NCBI GenBank assembly: GCA_022508945.1 | Contig: JAFLUE010000001.1 | Location: 2,861-48,515, forward strand | From: Oscillospiraceae bacterium | GTDB lineage: Bacteria; Bacillota; Clostridia; Oscillospirales; Ruminococcaceae | Reading direction: 5' to 3' | DNA length: 45,655 bases | Part shown: piece after piece, positions 34,508 to 42,802 of the stretch | How positions within the stretch are numbered: the first letter of the stretch is position 1 | Layout of the letters: every line of letters starts with the position of its first letter | The notes under the pieces: generated by a model | The model's input: only the letters and a program-made list of their open reading frames with translations | Databases searched by the model: none | Told to the model about the DNA's origin: nothing | Position numbers and translations under genes: made by a program

Positions 34508-36298
34508 ATGTCTCAAATTATTAAAGAGATTACCGTTGATGTTGCGAAGAAAAACCTTTTTCAAGCGATCGTTGCAAAGCAGAACGATATTAATTCACGT
34601 TTCTTAAAAGTTACGCTTTGTAACGATGGTAGGAAAATTGCCGTTTCGTCTGATGCTACGGTTATTATAAATGCTGAAAGAGCAGACGCTTCGTCCGCCG
34701 GTTTTATGGGTAATGTAAACGCAGACGGTACGGTTACTGTTCCGCTCACGAGTTGGATGCTTGCTCTTGATGATGTGGTCAAGTGCAGCATTTCGGTCAT
34801 TGATACGGAAGAACAGAAGCTGACCTCAACTTCGTTTTCAATTGATGTCGAAGCGGCAGAGTATTCGTCAGAAGATATTACCGATGACGAGAACTTTGAT
34901 ATTCTTGTGCGGCTGATCTCCGAATGTGCTGATGCAAAGTTCGGTTGTGAGACAGCAACTGATAAAGCGGAATCTGCGGCGACTGCGGCTGATCTTGCTG
35001 CCGAATCGGCAAATAGCGCGGCAGTTGCCGCAAATAAGGCGGCAGAAGATGCCAATACCGCAGCGGACAGCGCGAACACTGCTTCCGCAACTGCTAATAA
35101 TGCAGCAGACTCCGCTAATAAAGCGAAGAGCAACGCGGATAAAGCTGCGGAGGATGCCGTCAACGCTGCTAAAGCCGCTAATGATGCTGCTTTAGCAGCC
35201 AATAACGCGTTAAACACTGCAAATCAAGCGGTAGAGGCTGCCGTCACGGCGGTAAGTAATGCAAATGATGCTGTATCAGCAGCGAATATGGCGACAAGCA
35301 GCGCGAATAAGGCTGTGGAAGATGCTGTTCATGCCGCGCAAGCAGCCAACAACGCGGCGGCTGCTATAGAAGATCAGCTCGCTTCCAAAGCCGACAAAAC
35401 AGAGATAAGCAATCCCAACCTTTTGGACAACTGGTATTTTGCAGACCCTATAAACCAGCGCGGACAGACGGAGTATACGGAAATAGGGTATACGATCGAC
35501 AGGTGGCATATGTTCAACGGTATAGTAACATTAGACAAAAATAATGGAGCTATTGTCTTATCAAAAAATAATACGGAGCAAGTGACGGTTTTTACTCAGA
35601 AGATTGAAGATAGTGGATTTAAAGGAAAAACATTTTCATTGAGTGTTTTAACTGCTGACGGCAAGCTGACATATGATACAGATACCATTCCGATAGGCAG
35701 TGAAGGCTACGACGGGAAAAACATCAGGATATCCGATAAATGCTATATGGATATTGGTTTTGATAGCACAGATTCGACTATAGTTTTTAGAATTATACTC
35801 GAAGAAGGCAACGTTGACCCCATCTCTTTTGCTGCTGTCAAACTCGAACTCGGCAACCGTCAGACACTTGCACATCAGGACGAAAACGGCAGGTGGATAT
35901 TGAACGACCCGCCGCCAAACAAGGGGCAGGAGTTGGCTAAGTGTCAAAGATATCAGGTTGTTATCCCTTATTCAAGCGACACCGGTATATCATCAGTAGG
36001 ATTTTTTATAGCAGGAGCTGCGGAGGAAATTGAAATACAGTATCCGTTGCCAATGTGTCCGCGCCTTAAACAGCCAACGGTGAAATTAGTCGGAACTATG
36101 ACCGCCGTCCGGTATGGTCCGGGGGCAATAGCAGTAGCGACCGTAAAAGATGTTGCGGCAAAATCAGTCCGTACAGGTGCAAATTATTTACAGATCATGA
36201 TACCTTGTGACTGGTCGGGAGTGTTTGAGCGCGGAGATTACGGTGTTGCCGATATACGTACTGCCGACTCCTATCTTATTATTGACAGCAATTTGTAA
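34508..36298 (+). CDS. BppU-type baseplate / tail fibre (receptor-binding) protein
   Basis: N-terminal 'AKQNDINSRFLKVTL' BppU-like, Ala-rich heptad stalk, 'NPNLLDNWYF..PINQRG...YTIDRW' and 'ELAKCQRY' head motifs. Confidence 0.82.
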   Translation: MSQIIKEITVDVAKKNLFQAIVAKQNDINSRFLKVTLCNDGRKIAVSSDATVIINAERADASSAGFMGNVNADGTVTVPLTSWMLALDDVVKCSISVIDTEEQKLTSTSFSIDVEAAEYSSEDITDDENFDILVRLISECADAKFGCETATDKAESAATAADLAAESANSAAVAANKAAEDANTAADSANTASATANNAADSANKAKSNADKAAEDAVNAAKAANDAALAANNALNTANQAVEAAVTAVSNANDAVSAANMATSSANKAVEDAVHAAQAANNAAAAIEDQLASKADKTEISNPNLLDNWYFADPINQRGQTEYTEIGYTIDRWHMFNGIVTLDKNNGAIVLSKNNTEQVTVFTQKIEDSGFKGKTFSLSVLTADGKLTYDTDTIPIGSEGYDGKNIRISDKCYMDIGFDSTDSTIVFRIILEEGNVDPISFAAVKLELGNRQTLAHQDENGRWILNDPPPNKGQELAKCQRYQVVIPYSSDTGISSVGFFIAGAAEEIEIQYPLPMCPRLKQPTVKLVGTMTAVRYGPGAIAVATVKDVAAKSVRTGANYLQIMIPCDWSGVFERGDYGVADIRTADSYLIIDSNL

Positions 36299-36312
36299 AG
36301 GAGGATTTTGTA

Positions 36313-36774
36313 GTGGAAAATTTATTTTATAACCATCATTATATCAAAATTAGATCTGATGGGGTGATAATCAATGGCTGGTCTGACGGCACGATACCTG
36401 AGAAGGACACGTCCAACGCAATCTGTATCAACGATCGTGGCGGTTATCAATTCAGACTATTTCCCGATGGTGAGGAAAATCCGCCTATCCGCGCATTGGA
36501 CGGTATCCCCTTGTACAAATGGGACGGGAAGCGTGTTGTACGCCGCACAGACGAAGAAATCGAAGCGGACAGAGCCGCTATACTTAACTCCCCCGAACGC
36601 AGAGCAGCGGAAATAAAACAGCAGCTCACCGCGCTTGACAATCAGGCAATACGTCCGCTTCGCGCTATTCTTGCGGGAACTCCGACCGATGATGATAAGG
36701 ACAAGCTTCGCGAGATCGAAGCACAAGCGGTAATACTCCGCAATGAGCTTGCAGAGCTGGGAGGGGGTGATTAA
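36313..36774 (+). CDS. Tail fibre-associated protein
   Basis: Follows the fibre gene; RBS GGAGG; 'GIPLYKWDG..VVRRT.EEIEADR'. Confidence 0.6.
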   Translation: MENLFYNHHYIKIRSDGVIINGWSDGTIPEKDTSNAICINDRGGYQFRLFPDGEENPPIRALDGIPLYKWDGKRVVRRTDEEIEADRAAILNSPERRAAEIKQQLTALDNQAIRPLRAILAGTPTDDDKDKLREIEAQAVILRNELAELGGGD

Positions 36775-37002
36775 GTGGATAGTACGGTAATTTGCGCTCT
36801 GGTGTCACTTGTAGGCACACTCGGCGGGTCGTTGGGAGGTATCCTGGTGTCGTCTAAACTCACTGCATACCGCATAGAGCAGCTCGAAAAAAAGGTAGAG
36901 GAACACAACAGCTTTGCACGGCGATTACCCGTTGTGGAGGAGCAGATCAAAGAGATTTCAAATCGCGTTGATGATCTTGAAGAATTTTACAAAGGACATT
37001 AA
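36775..37002 (+). CDS. Small membrane protein of the lysis cassette (XhlA/holin-like)
   Basis: N-terminal TM plus 'YRIEQLEKKVEEHN' coiled coil. Confidence 0.7.
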   Translation: MDSTVICALVSLVGTLGGSLGGILVSSKLTAYRIEQLEKKVEEHNSFARRLPVVEEQIKEISNRVDDLEEFYKGH

Positions 37003-37014
37003 AGGAGGAAATTT

Positions 37015-37221
37015 ATGAAGATTGACTGGAAAAGAAAGCTTACGAGCCGCAAGCTGTGGGTAGCGGTCGCGGGATTTGTCGCAGGTCTTGTCGTGATCTT
37101 CGGCGGCTCGCAGGAGAACGCCGACAAGATAAGCGGCTCGATCCTGAGCGGCGCGGCGGTCGTGGGATACATACTCGGCGAGGGACTTTCGGACGCGGCG
37201 AATAATGACAAGGAGGAATAA
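37015..37221 (+). CDS. Holin
   Basis: 'WKRKLTSRKLW.AV.GFV...YI.GEG..DAA', two TM segments, directly upstream of the endolysin. Confidence 0.85.
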   Translation: MKIDWKRKLTSRKLWVAVAGFVAGLVVIFGGSQENADKISGSILSGAAVVGYILGEGLSDAANNDKEE

Positions 37222-37223
37222 TT

Positions 37224-38279
37224 ATGTTTAAGGGAATTGACGTTTCAAATTATCAGAAAACAGTTGATTTCAACAAGGTTAAGGCAAGCGGCATTGATTT
37301 CGTTATCATAAAGGCAGGTCAGAGCAATTTTGTTGACAGCTTTTTCGAGCGCAATTACGCAGGAGCAAAGGCGGCAGGTCTGCACGTCGGCGCGTATTGG
37401 TACAGTTGCGCGTTGTCCGCCGAGGACGCGAAAAACGAAGCGGAGTGCTGTATTGCTGCTCTTTCGGGAAAACAGTTTGATTATCCCATCTACATTGACA
37501 TAGAGCGGCAGGAGCAGTTTAACGCGGGCAAGGCTGTATGTTCGGAGATCGTAAGTACATTCTGCAATACACTTGAAGACGCGGGATATTTTGCAGGACT
37601 GTATATCAGCAGATGTCCTCTGCAAACGCACATCACAAATGAAGTCGTCAAGCGATATGCGCTGTGGATCGCTGAATATGGCTCAAAATGCAATTACAGC
37701 GGAAGCTACGGTATTTGGCAGTATTCGGGCAGCGGCGCTTGTCCGGGGATCTCGGACAAGGTTGACTTGGATTTCGGATATATCGACTACCCGTCTATCA
37801 TTATCAGCGGCGGCTTCAACGGCTATGGGCAGTCAGCGTCCGAGATCCCCGCGATTCCCGAGGTCAAGGAGTATAAGACGGGCGATAAGATCACGCTGAA
37901 GAGCGCTCCGCTGTTCGTCTCGGCATACGCCGCACGGCAGTCTAATGTCATAAGCGGCGATTATTACATACAGTCCGACACCGTGATCTGCGAAAGGATC
38001 CGCGTTACCACATCGGCGGGAAATCCCGATGTCACGGGCTGGATCAATGTCAGCGACATTTCCGATACTGCGGAGACGGCAGAATCTCTCGCGTTCAAGG
38101 TCGGCGACACGGTTCGCCTGCGTGACGGCGCAAAGGACTATAACGGCAAGGGTCTGGCTTCGTTCGTTTATCATCGCGACCACGTTATAACCGAGATCAG
38201 AGGCGACCGCGCGGTTATCGCCTACGGCGGGACGGTCATAGCTGCGGTACGTACAGGGGATTTGAGTGTTGTTGGATAA
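37224..38279 (+). CDS. Endolysin, GH25 lysozyme with C-terminal cell-wall-binding domains
   Basis: 'KGIDVS.YQ..VDF.KVK..GIDFVIIKA...GAYWYS...YPIYIDIE...LWIAEY...WQYS...VDLD'. Confidence 0.93.
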   Translation: MFKGIDVSNYQKTVDFNKVKASGIDFVIIKAGQSNFVDSFFERNYAGAKAAGLHVGAYWYSCALSAEDAKNEAECCIAALSGKQFDYPIYIDIERQEQFNAGKAVCSEIVSTFCNTLEDAGYFAGLYISRCPLQTHITNEVVKRYALWIAEYGSKCNYSGSYGIWQYSGSGACPGISDKVDLDFGYIDYPSIIISGGFNGYGQSASEIPAIPEVKEYKTGDKITLKSAPLFVSAYAARQSNVISGDYYIQSDTVICERIRVTTSAGNPDVTGWINVSDISDTAETAESLAFKVGDTVRLRDGAKDYNGKGLASFVYHRDHVITEIRGDRAVIAYGGTVIAAVRTGDLSVVG

Positions 38280-38421
38280 ATTAAGATTAAAAGTTGAACT
38301 CAATCTTAAAAACATGAAGAATATATATAAAATACAGATCAAGCCACACTTTTGAAGGGACAGAAGTGTGACTTGATTTGTAGTTGTTGAGAAATGTAGC
38401 AACCACATGATAAAATTTGGG

Positions 38422-38457
38422 CGGCTGTCTATCCAAGAGGGTAGGCAGCCGATTTTT
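38422..38457 (+). terminator. Terminator after the lysis cassette
   Basis: CGGCTGTCTATCC-AAGA-GGGTAGGCAGCCG-ATTTTT. Confidence 0.7.
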
Positions 38458-38617
38458 GTGTTATATGTTATTATTTGACTACTTTCAATGACGCAATCTT
38501 TTTTTTTACAGAAATTTACAAGTTGTGATAAGCGGATAAATGATTATTTTTATTTACGATAAGGTATAATAAATTAATCGTTATTTTTGATGATTTGGAG
38601 AAATTTTCTCAAAATTC

Positions 38618-38646
38618 TTGACTTTTTAAGAAAGGTGTGGTATTAT
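38618..38646 (+). promoter_or_regulatory. Promoter of the ATPase-RloB moron
   Basis: TTGACT-17-TATTAT with extended TG; palindrome GAGAAATTTTCTC just upstream. Confidence 0.65.
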
Positions 38647-38677
38647 GTATATAATATGCGATAGAGAGGTAAAGGGT

Positions 38678-39919
38678 ATGCTACTTCAATTTAAATTTTC
38701 AAATTTCAGATGTTTTGCTGAAGAAGTTACTTTTGATATGGCAGCCACTTCAATTAAGGAACATAAGTATAGCTTAATTGATTGCAATGGTGTGAATATT
38801 TTGCCCATTGCAGCAGTGTATGGTGCTAACGCAAGCGGAAAGTCTTCATTTTTTATGGCGATTGAGCGTATGAAATCGGTTGTCGTCCAGCGCTTTTTGG
38901 ATGGAGGAACATTGCCGGAGGCCTCAAAAAGAAGTTTTTCAATTCCTTTTATGTTTCAGTCAAAACTTTCATCTACTCCAACAAGCTATGAAGTTTCAAT
39001 TTTAATTGATGGATATCAATACAAATATGGATTTACATGCACAAGTGAAACCATTCTTAAAGAATACCTATATAAAAAGAAATTAAGTAAAAATCCAACT
39101 GTAGAAAAAATGATTTTTAAACGTAATAATAGTGTCTTTATTGGCGATGTAAATCAAAAAATGAGAGATGAGCTTTTGTACTGTGCTTCAAGGAAAAGTA
39201 ATAAAACTTTATTATTGACAGAAATAGGACTGCGAGAAAAAGAACCTGAATTATGTTCTATTTTTGAATGGTTCTTGGGTATGAATGTTACTATTTTTAA
39301 TGGTAACGAATTCCTTGGATCAAATGCAGTAAGTCAATTTCTCGTTGGGGAATTTATTAGTAAAACTAATAACAATGATATCGTTAATAATTATATTTCA
39401 TTTATTCGTGAGATTGATCCAAGTATATATGGAATTAAAACTATTACGGCTACCAATCCAGATGGAGAAATAGTAAAAATTGCTCAAACTGTTCATTTGG
39501 TTAATGGGAAAAAGTATGATGTTCCATTTGAATTGGAATCTGAAGGGACTAATAAACTATTATATATTTCTGTGCTAATATTTTTAGTTTTAGAAATTGG
39601 TGGAACATTATTTATTGATGAGTTCGACTCTAAAATTCATCCATTAATTTTACGAAGAATTGTACAGATGTTTAAAGACAAAAAGTCGAATTCCAAAGGA
39701 GCTCAACTTGTTTTTTCAGCCCATAACATTATCTGTTTGGATTCATCAGATTTAAGAAGAGACGAAATCTGGTTTGTGGAAAAATTGAATCACAAGTCAA
39801 CTATGTACTCACTTGTTGATTTTGATGATGGAGAAGGTGGCGTTAGATCGGATTTGAGCTTTGGTAAACATTATCTTTCCGGTAGGTTTGGAGCGGTTCC
39901 TTTCCAAGAAGAGGGGTGA
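38678..39919 (+). CDS. AAA_21/ABC-type ATPase, RloA/AbiLi-like
   Basis: 'MLLQFKFSNFRCF', Walker A 'YGANASGKS', signature 'ESEGT', Walker B 'FIDEFDSKIHP', 'AQLVFSAH', 'LRRDEIWFVEK', 'YLSGRFGAVP'; low GC. Confidence 0.9.
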   Translation: MLLQFKFSNFRCFAEEVTFDMAATSIKEHKYSLIDCNGVNILPIAAVYGANASGKSSFFMAIERMKSVVVQRFLDGGTLPEASKRSFSIPFMFQSKLSSTPTSYEVSILIDGYQYKYGFTCTSETILKEYLYKKKLSKNPTVEKMIFKRNNSVFIGDVNQKMRDELLYCASRKSNKTLLLTEIGLREKEPELCSIFEWFLGMNVTIFNGNEFLGSNAVSQFLVGEFISKTNNNDIVNNYISFIREIDPSIYGIKTITATNPDGEIVKIAQTVHLVNGKKYDVPFELESEGTNKLLYISVLIFLVLEIGGTLFIDEFDSKIHPLILRRIVQMFKDKKSNSKGAQLVFSAHNIICLDSSDLRRDEIWFVEKLNHKSTMYSLVDFDDGEGGVRSDLSFGKHYLSGRFGAVPFQEEG

Positions 39920-40608
39920 TTGTATTGTCTGACCAACTATTTAAAAAAAGAAAAGAAGAACAGCAAATTCGTCGACAAAAAGTATTGGTTCAACGTTCGG
40001 AAACATGGCTATTTGTTTGCGAGGGAACTAAGACGGAGCCAATATATCTTGATAGGTTGATAAAATTTGCAAATGAAATTTCTTCTCAATCTCCTATTAA
40101 ATCAGATATACGAGGTGTTGGTCGAAACACAGAAAATTTAGTACAAAGTGTTGATGATTTTTATAATTTTGCTGATGAATTTAATTCACTTAAAAGAGGG
40201 TTGCCATATGCAAAAACATTTGTGCTGTTTGACAAAGATTCTTTTAAAGCGAGTCAATTTGATAATGCTATAAAGATGGCTTTATCAAGAGGATACATAC
40301 CGATATGGTCAAATGAATGCTTTGAATTATGGTATATTCTACATTATGAATATCTTAATAGCGATATTGGGCGAGAAACATATTTTAAGAAGTTGACAGA
40401 TTTACTTGGTGAAAAATACGATAAGTCGGAAGATGTTTTTTCTTTGATTCATTCTCCGCAGAAAATTAAAAAAGCAATGGATAATGCCAGGAAATTAGAA
40501 AAGCTTTTTAAAGAGAATGATCCGCCACATAAAAAAGTTCCTTGTACTCAAATGAATGTACTTATTGAGCATATACAAGAAAGACTAAGAATAGATTTAA
40601 GCAAATAA
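39916..40608 (+). CDS. rloB: RloB-family protein (AbiLii-like, TOPRIM-related)
   Basis: 'FVCEGTKTEPIY', 'VLFDKD', 'WSNECFELWYILHY'; coupled to the ATPase (GTGA overlap). Confidence 0.88.
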   Translation: MIVLSDQLFKKRKEEQQIRRQKVLVQRSETWLFVCEGTKTEPIYLDRLIKFANEISSQSPIKSDIRGVGRNTENLVQSVDDFYNFADEFNSLKRGLPYAKTFVLFDKDSFKASQFDNAIKMALSRGYIPIWSNECFELWYILHYEYLNSDIGRETYFKKLTDLLGEKYDKSEDVFSLIHSPQKIKKAMDNARKLEKLFKENDPPHKKVPCTQMNVLIEHIQERLRIDLSK

Positions 40609-40687
40609 CATTTCATAAAGGCGTGGTCATTCCTCGTCTTTATTTTTGCTTAAAAGTGGCTATGTTATAGGATAATTAGTTTCAAAC

Positions 40688-40711
40688 TTCGTGTTGCATT
40701 TCGTGTTGCAT
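40688..40711. repeat. Tandem 12-bp direct repeat TTCGTGTTGCAT, probable integrase arm-type site of the right att region
   Basis: Perfect tandem repeat about 130 bp from the tmRNA 3' end. Confidence 0.65.
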
Positions 40712-40785
40712 AGTTGCTTAAAATGCCGATTTTCGAGGTATTTTTATGGTTATTCGGTTAAAAATCGAAGCAAAGTAAATACAAG

Positions 40786-40829
40786 AAAAACCGCATTGTT
40801 AAGCCTTTTGCGGCAACGATGCGGTTTTT
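40786..40829 (-). terminator. Hairpin/terminator downstream of tmRNA
   Basis: AAAAACCGCATTGTT...AACGATGCGGTTTTT. Confidence 0.65.
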
Positions 40830-40842
40830 AAAAAATAAAGCT

Positions 40843-41192
40843 TGGTGGATCCGAGGGGAATTGAACCCCTGTCCGAAAACCCGTCCTCACGATCTTCTCC
40901 GAGCGCAGTTTGTCATTTAGGATTCCCTCGTCCCACCGCCGGCAAACAGGCTGAAGGATTTGGTAGTCTTTGATACATCAACGGCTGCAAGACAACTCAC
41001 CGAAGACGTTCACTGCTGATTGACGCCGAAGCTTTGCGCGCAGTAGAGCAAAGGTCGACGGCAGCGCGCTTAGGCTGCTGCTAAAACGAGATCTTCGTCT
41101 GCGTTTAAATTTAAGTTTGCGCTTTTTAGGTGATTCGCCCTCACCGCTCGCTTATCGTGCCTCAGAATCCCCGTCGAAGCCTTTACGGACCC
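40843..41192 (-). ncRNA. ssrA: tmRNA
   Basis: 5' GGGTCCGTAAAGGCTTCGACGGG, 3' GGACAGGGGTTCAATTCCCCTCGGATCCACCA with G3-U70; tag reading frame ADEDLVLAAA*; 350 nt. Confidence 0.97.
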
Positions 41193-41201
41193 ATTTTTGT
41201 T

Positions 41202-41230
41202 ATTGTATCACACTTTTTTCCGTTTGTCAA
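41202..41230 (-). promoter_or_regulatory. ssrA promoter
   Basis: TTGACA-17-TACAAT with extended TG, 9 nt upstream of the mature 5' end. Confidence 0.8.
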
Positions 41231-41408
41231 GAGCATTTGATACAGTTTAAAGCTGACATATGACAGTAAACAGTATTTTTTGACGTCAAACGTGCGCGTT
41301 TGTTTACTGTGTATTGCGTACTGTAAACTGCAAATTTTCATTAACTACTTGATTTTTTCTACAATATATGGTATAATCAAACTGTATTATTGTATAGTGA
41401 GGTTATTT

Positions 41409-42377
41409 ATGGACAGCTTCATTCAGATAGATATTTATACGTCGAGCGCGGCAATAGACGGTATCTGCGCGAGACTTACGGATTGTGGGATAGACGGGTT
41501 TGCGGTTCGCGACAGCGCGGATTTCAAGGATTTTTTAGCGGATAAAAGCTCGAATTGGGATTATGTTGACGACAGCCTTATGGGACTTGAAACGGCGGAG
41601 CCGTGCGTTACGGTCTACGTCCACGACAACGACCAGGGCAGAGAACAGCTTACTCAGATAAGGCTTATGGTCGATGAGCTTAATTTGGAAAACGCGGACG
41701 GCTTTTACGGGGATCTGCGTGTAGAGCTTAAAAATGTACGCGAGGAGGACTGGGCAAACAACTGGAAGAAATATTACAAGCCCTTTCGCGTGGGGAAAAG
41801 CCTTATAGTAAAGCCGTCGTGGGAAAATTATGACGCAAAGGAAGACGACAAAATACTCGAGATCGACCCCGCATCAACCTTCGGCACAGGACAGCACCAC
41901 ACAACGAAAATGGTTATGGAGGTGCTTGAGGGTGTGATAAAAGGCGGAGAAAGAGTGCTTGATCTTGGCTGCGGAAGCGGGATATTGTCTATAGCGGCTC
42001 TGCTTTTCGGAGCAAAAGAGGCTGTCGTTTGCGATATTTTTGAGAACGCGGTAAGTACCGCCTCGGAAAATATCGAGAAAAATCACTTTGACAGATCGCG
42101 GTACAGAGCGTTTTGCGGAAACGTTATCGAAAACGCGGAGCTTCGCAAAGAGATCGGCGGGGGATATGACGTCGTGTGCGCGAATATCGTGGCGGACGTA
42201 ATTATCGGAATGAGTCCGCTGTTCGGCGAGTTTCTTAATAAGAACGGTATACTTATCGTTTCGGGAATTATCGACGATAGGGTTGATGAGGTCATGGCGG
42301 CACTCTCCGAAAGCGGATATGAAGCTGTTGTTAAAAAGAACGAAGAGGGCTGGAACTGTATTGAATTAAAGCAATAA
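41409..42377 (+). CDS. prmA: Ribosomal protein L11 methyltransferase
   Basis: 'EEDWANNWKKYYKP..VG...VKPSWE...IDPASTFGTGQH.TT...VLDLGCGSGILSI...ANIVAD...SGII'. Confidence 0.95.
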   Translation: MDSFIQIDIYTSSAAIDGICARLTDCGIDGFAVRDSADFKDFLADKSSNWDYVDDSLMGLETAEPCVTVYVHDNDQGREQLTQIRLMVDELNLENADGFYGDLRVELKNVREEDWANNWKKYYKPFRVGKSLIVKPSWENYDAKEDDKILEIDPASTFGTGQHHTTKMVMEVLEGVIKGGERVLDLGCGSGILSIAALLFGAKEAVVCDIFENAVSTASENIEKNHFDRSRYRAFCGNVIENAELRKEIGGGYDVVCANIVADVIIGMSPLFGEFLNKNGILIVSGIIDDRVDEVMAALSESGYEAVVKKNEEGWNCIELKQ

Positions 42378-42496
42378 CAACGAAAAAATTACAAGCGGGC
42401 GCCGACAAAGCGCAAAGGGCGTTGATTGTGCGGTATTGCCTTAGAATTCACTTAAATTCGGCTGAACGCATATACTGCCTTTGAGGAGGCGGTTTT

Positions 42497-42769
42497 ATGG
42501 AGTTTTTGGGAGCGTTTGCGGTCATTTTTCTGCTTGTGTTCGCTGCGGCGATGCTGGCGTACCTGCTGTGGAGCGCGCTGAGAAGCGGTTATACTCAGAC
42601 AGTCGATATTTATGTAAAGCCCTGTGAAAATCTTGAAAGCTTTATTATCCACGTGCAGCGCGACGCTTTTGTCGGCGAGATATGTATAATTTGCAGTGAG
42701 GACTGTGAACAGGCGAAAATGCTTTCGGAAAAATACGAAAACGTAAGAGTCGTCGAAAAAATCGGATGA
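42497..42769 (+). CDS. Hypothetical membrane-anchored protein
   Basis: RBS GAGGAGG; N-terminal TM. Confidence 0.6.
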   Translation: MEFLGAFAVIFLLVFAAAMLAYLLWSALRSGYTQTVDIYVKPCENLESFIIHVQRDAFVGEICIICSEDCEQAKMLSEKYENVRVVEKIG

Positions 42770-42802
42770 TTTGACGATTCGGGCGAAGTGGTATAAGGAA
42801 GA

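Larger units (their letters stand above)
1..40842. mobile_element. Temperate prophage (siphovirus-like, APSE-type replication module), left end outside window, inserted at 3' end of ssrA
   Basis: Ordered immunity, replication, packaging, head, tail, lysis and moron modules; ends next to the tmRNA CCA end with arm-type repeats; housekeeping genes lie beyond the tmRNA. Confidence 0.93.

Noticed and set aside
34561-35217. 218-aa Ala-rich minus-strand ORF and apparent repeats
   Set aside because: Antisense shadow of the Ala-rich coiled-coil stalk of the fibre protein
34508-36774. Diversity-generating retroelement or invertible tail-fibre cassette
   Set aside because: No reverse transcriptase, no TR/VR pair and no duplicated fibre C-termini were seen in the window
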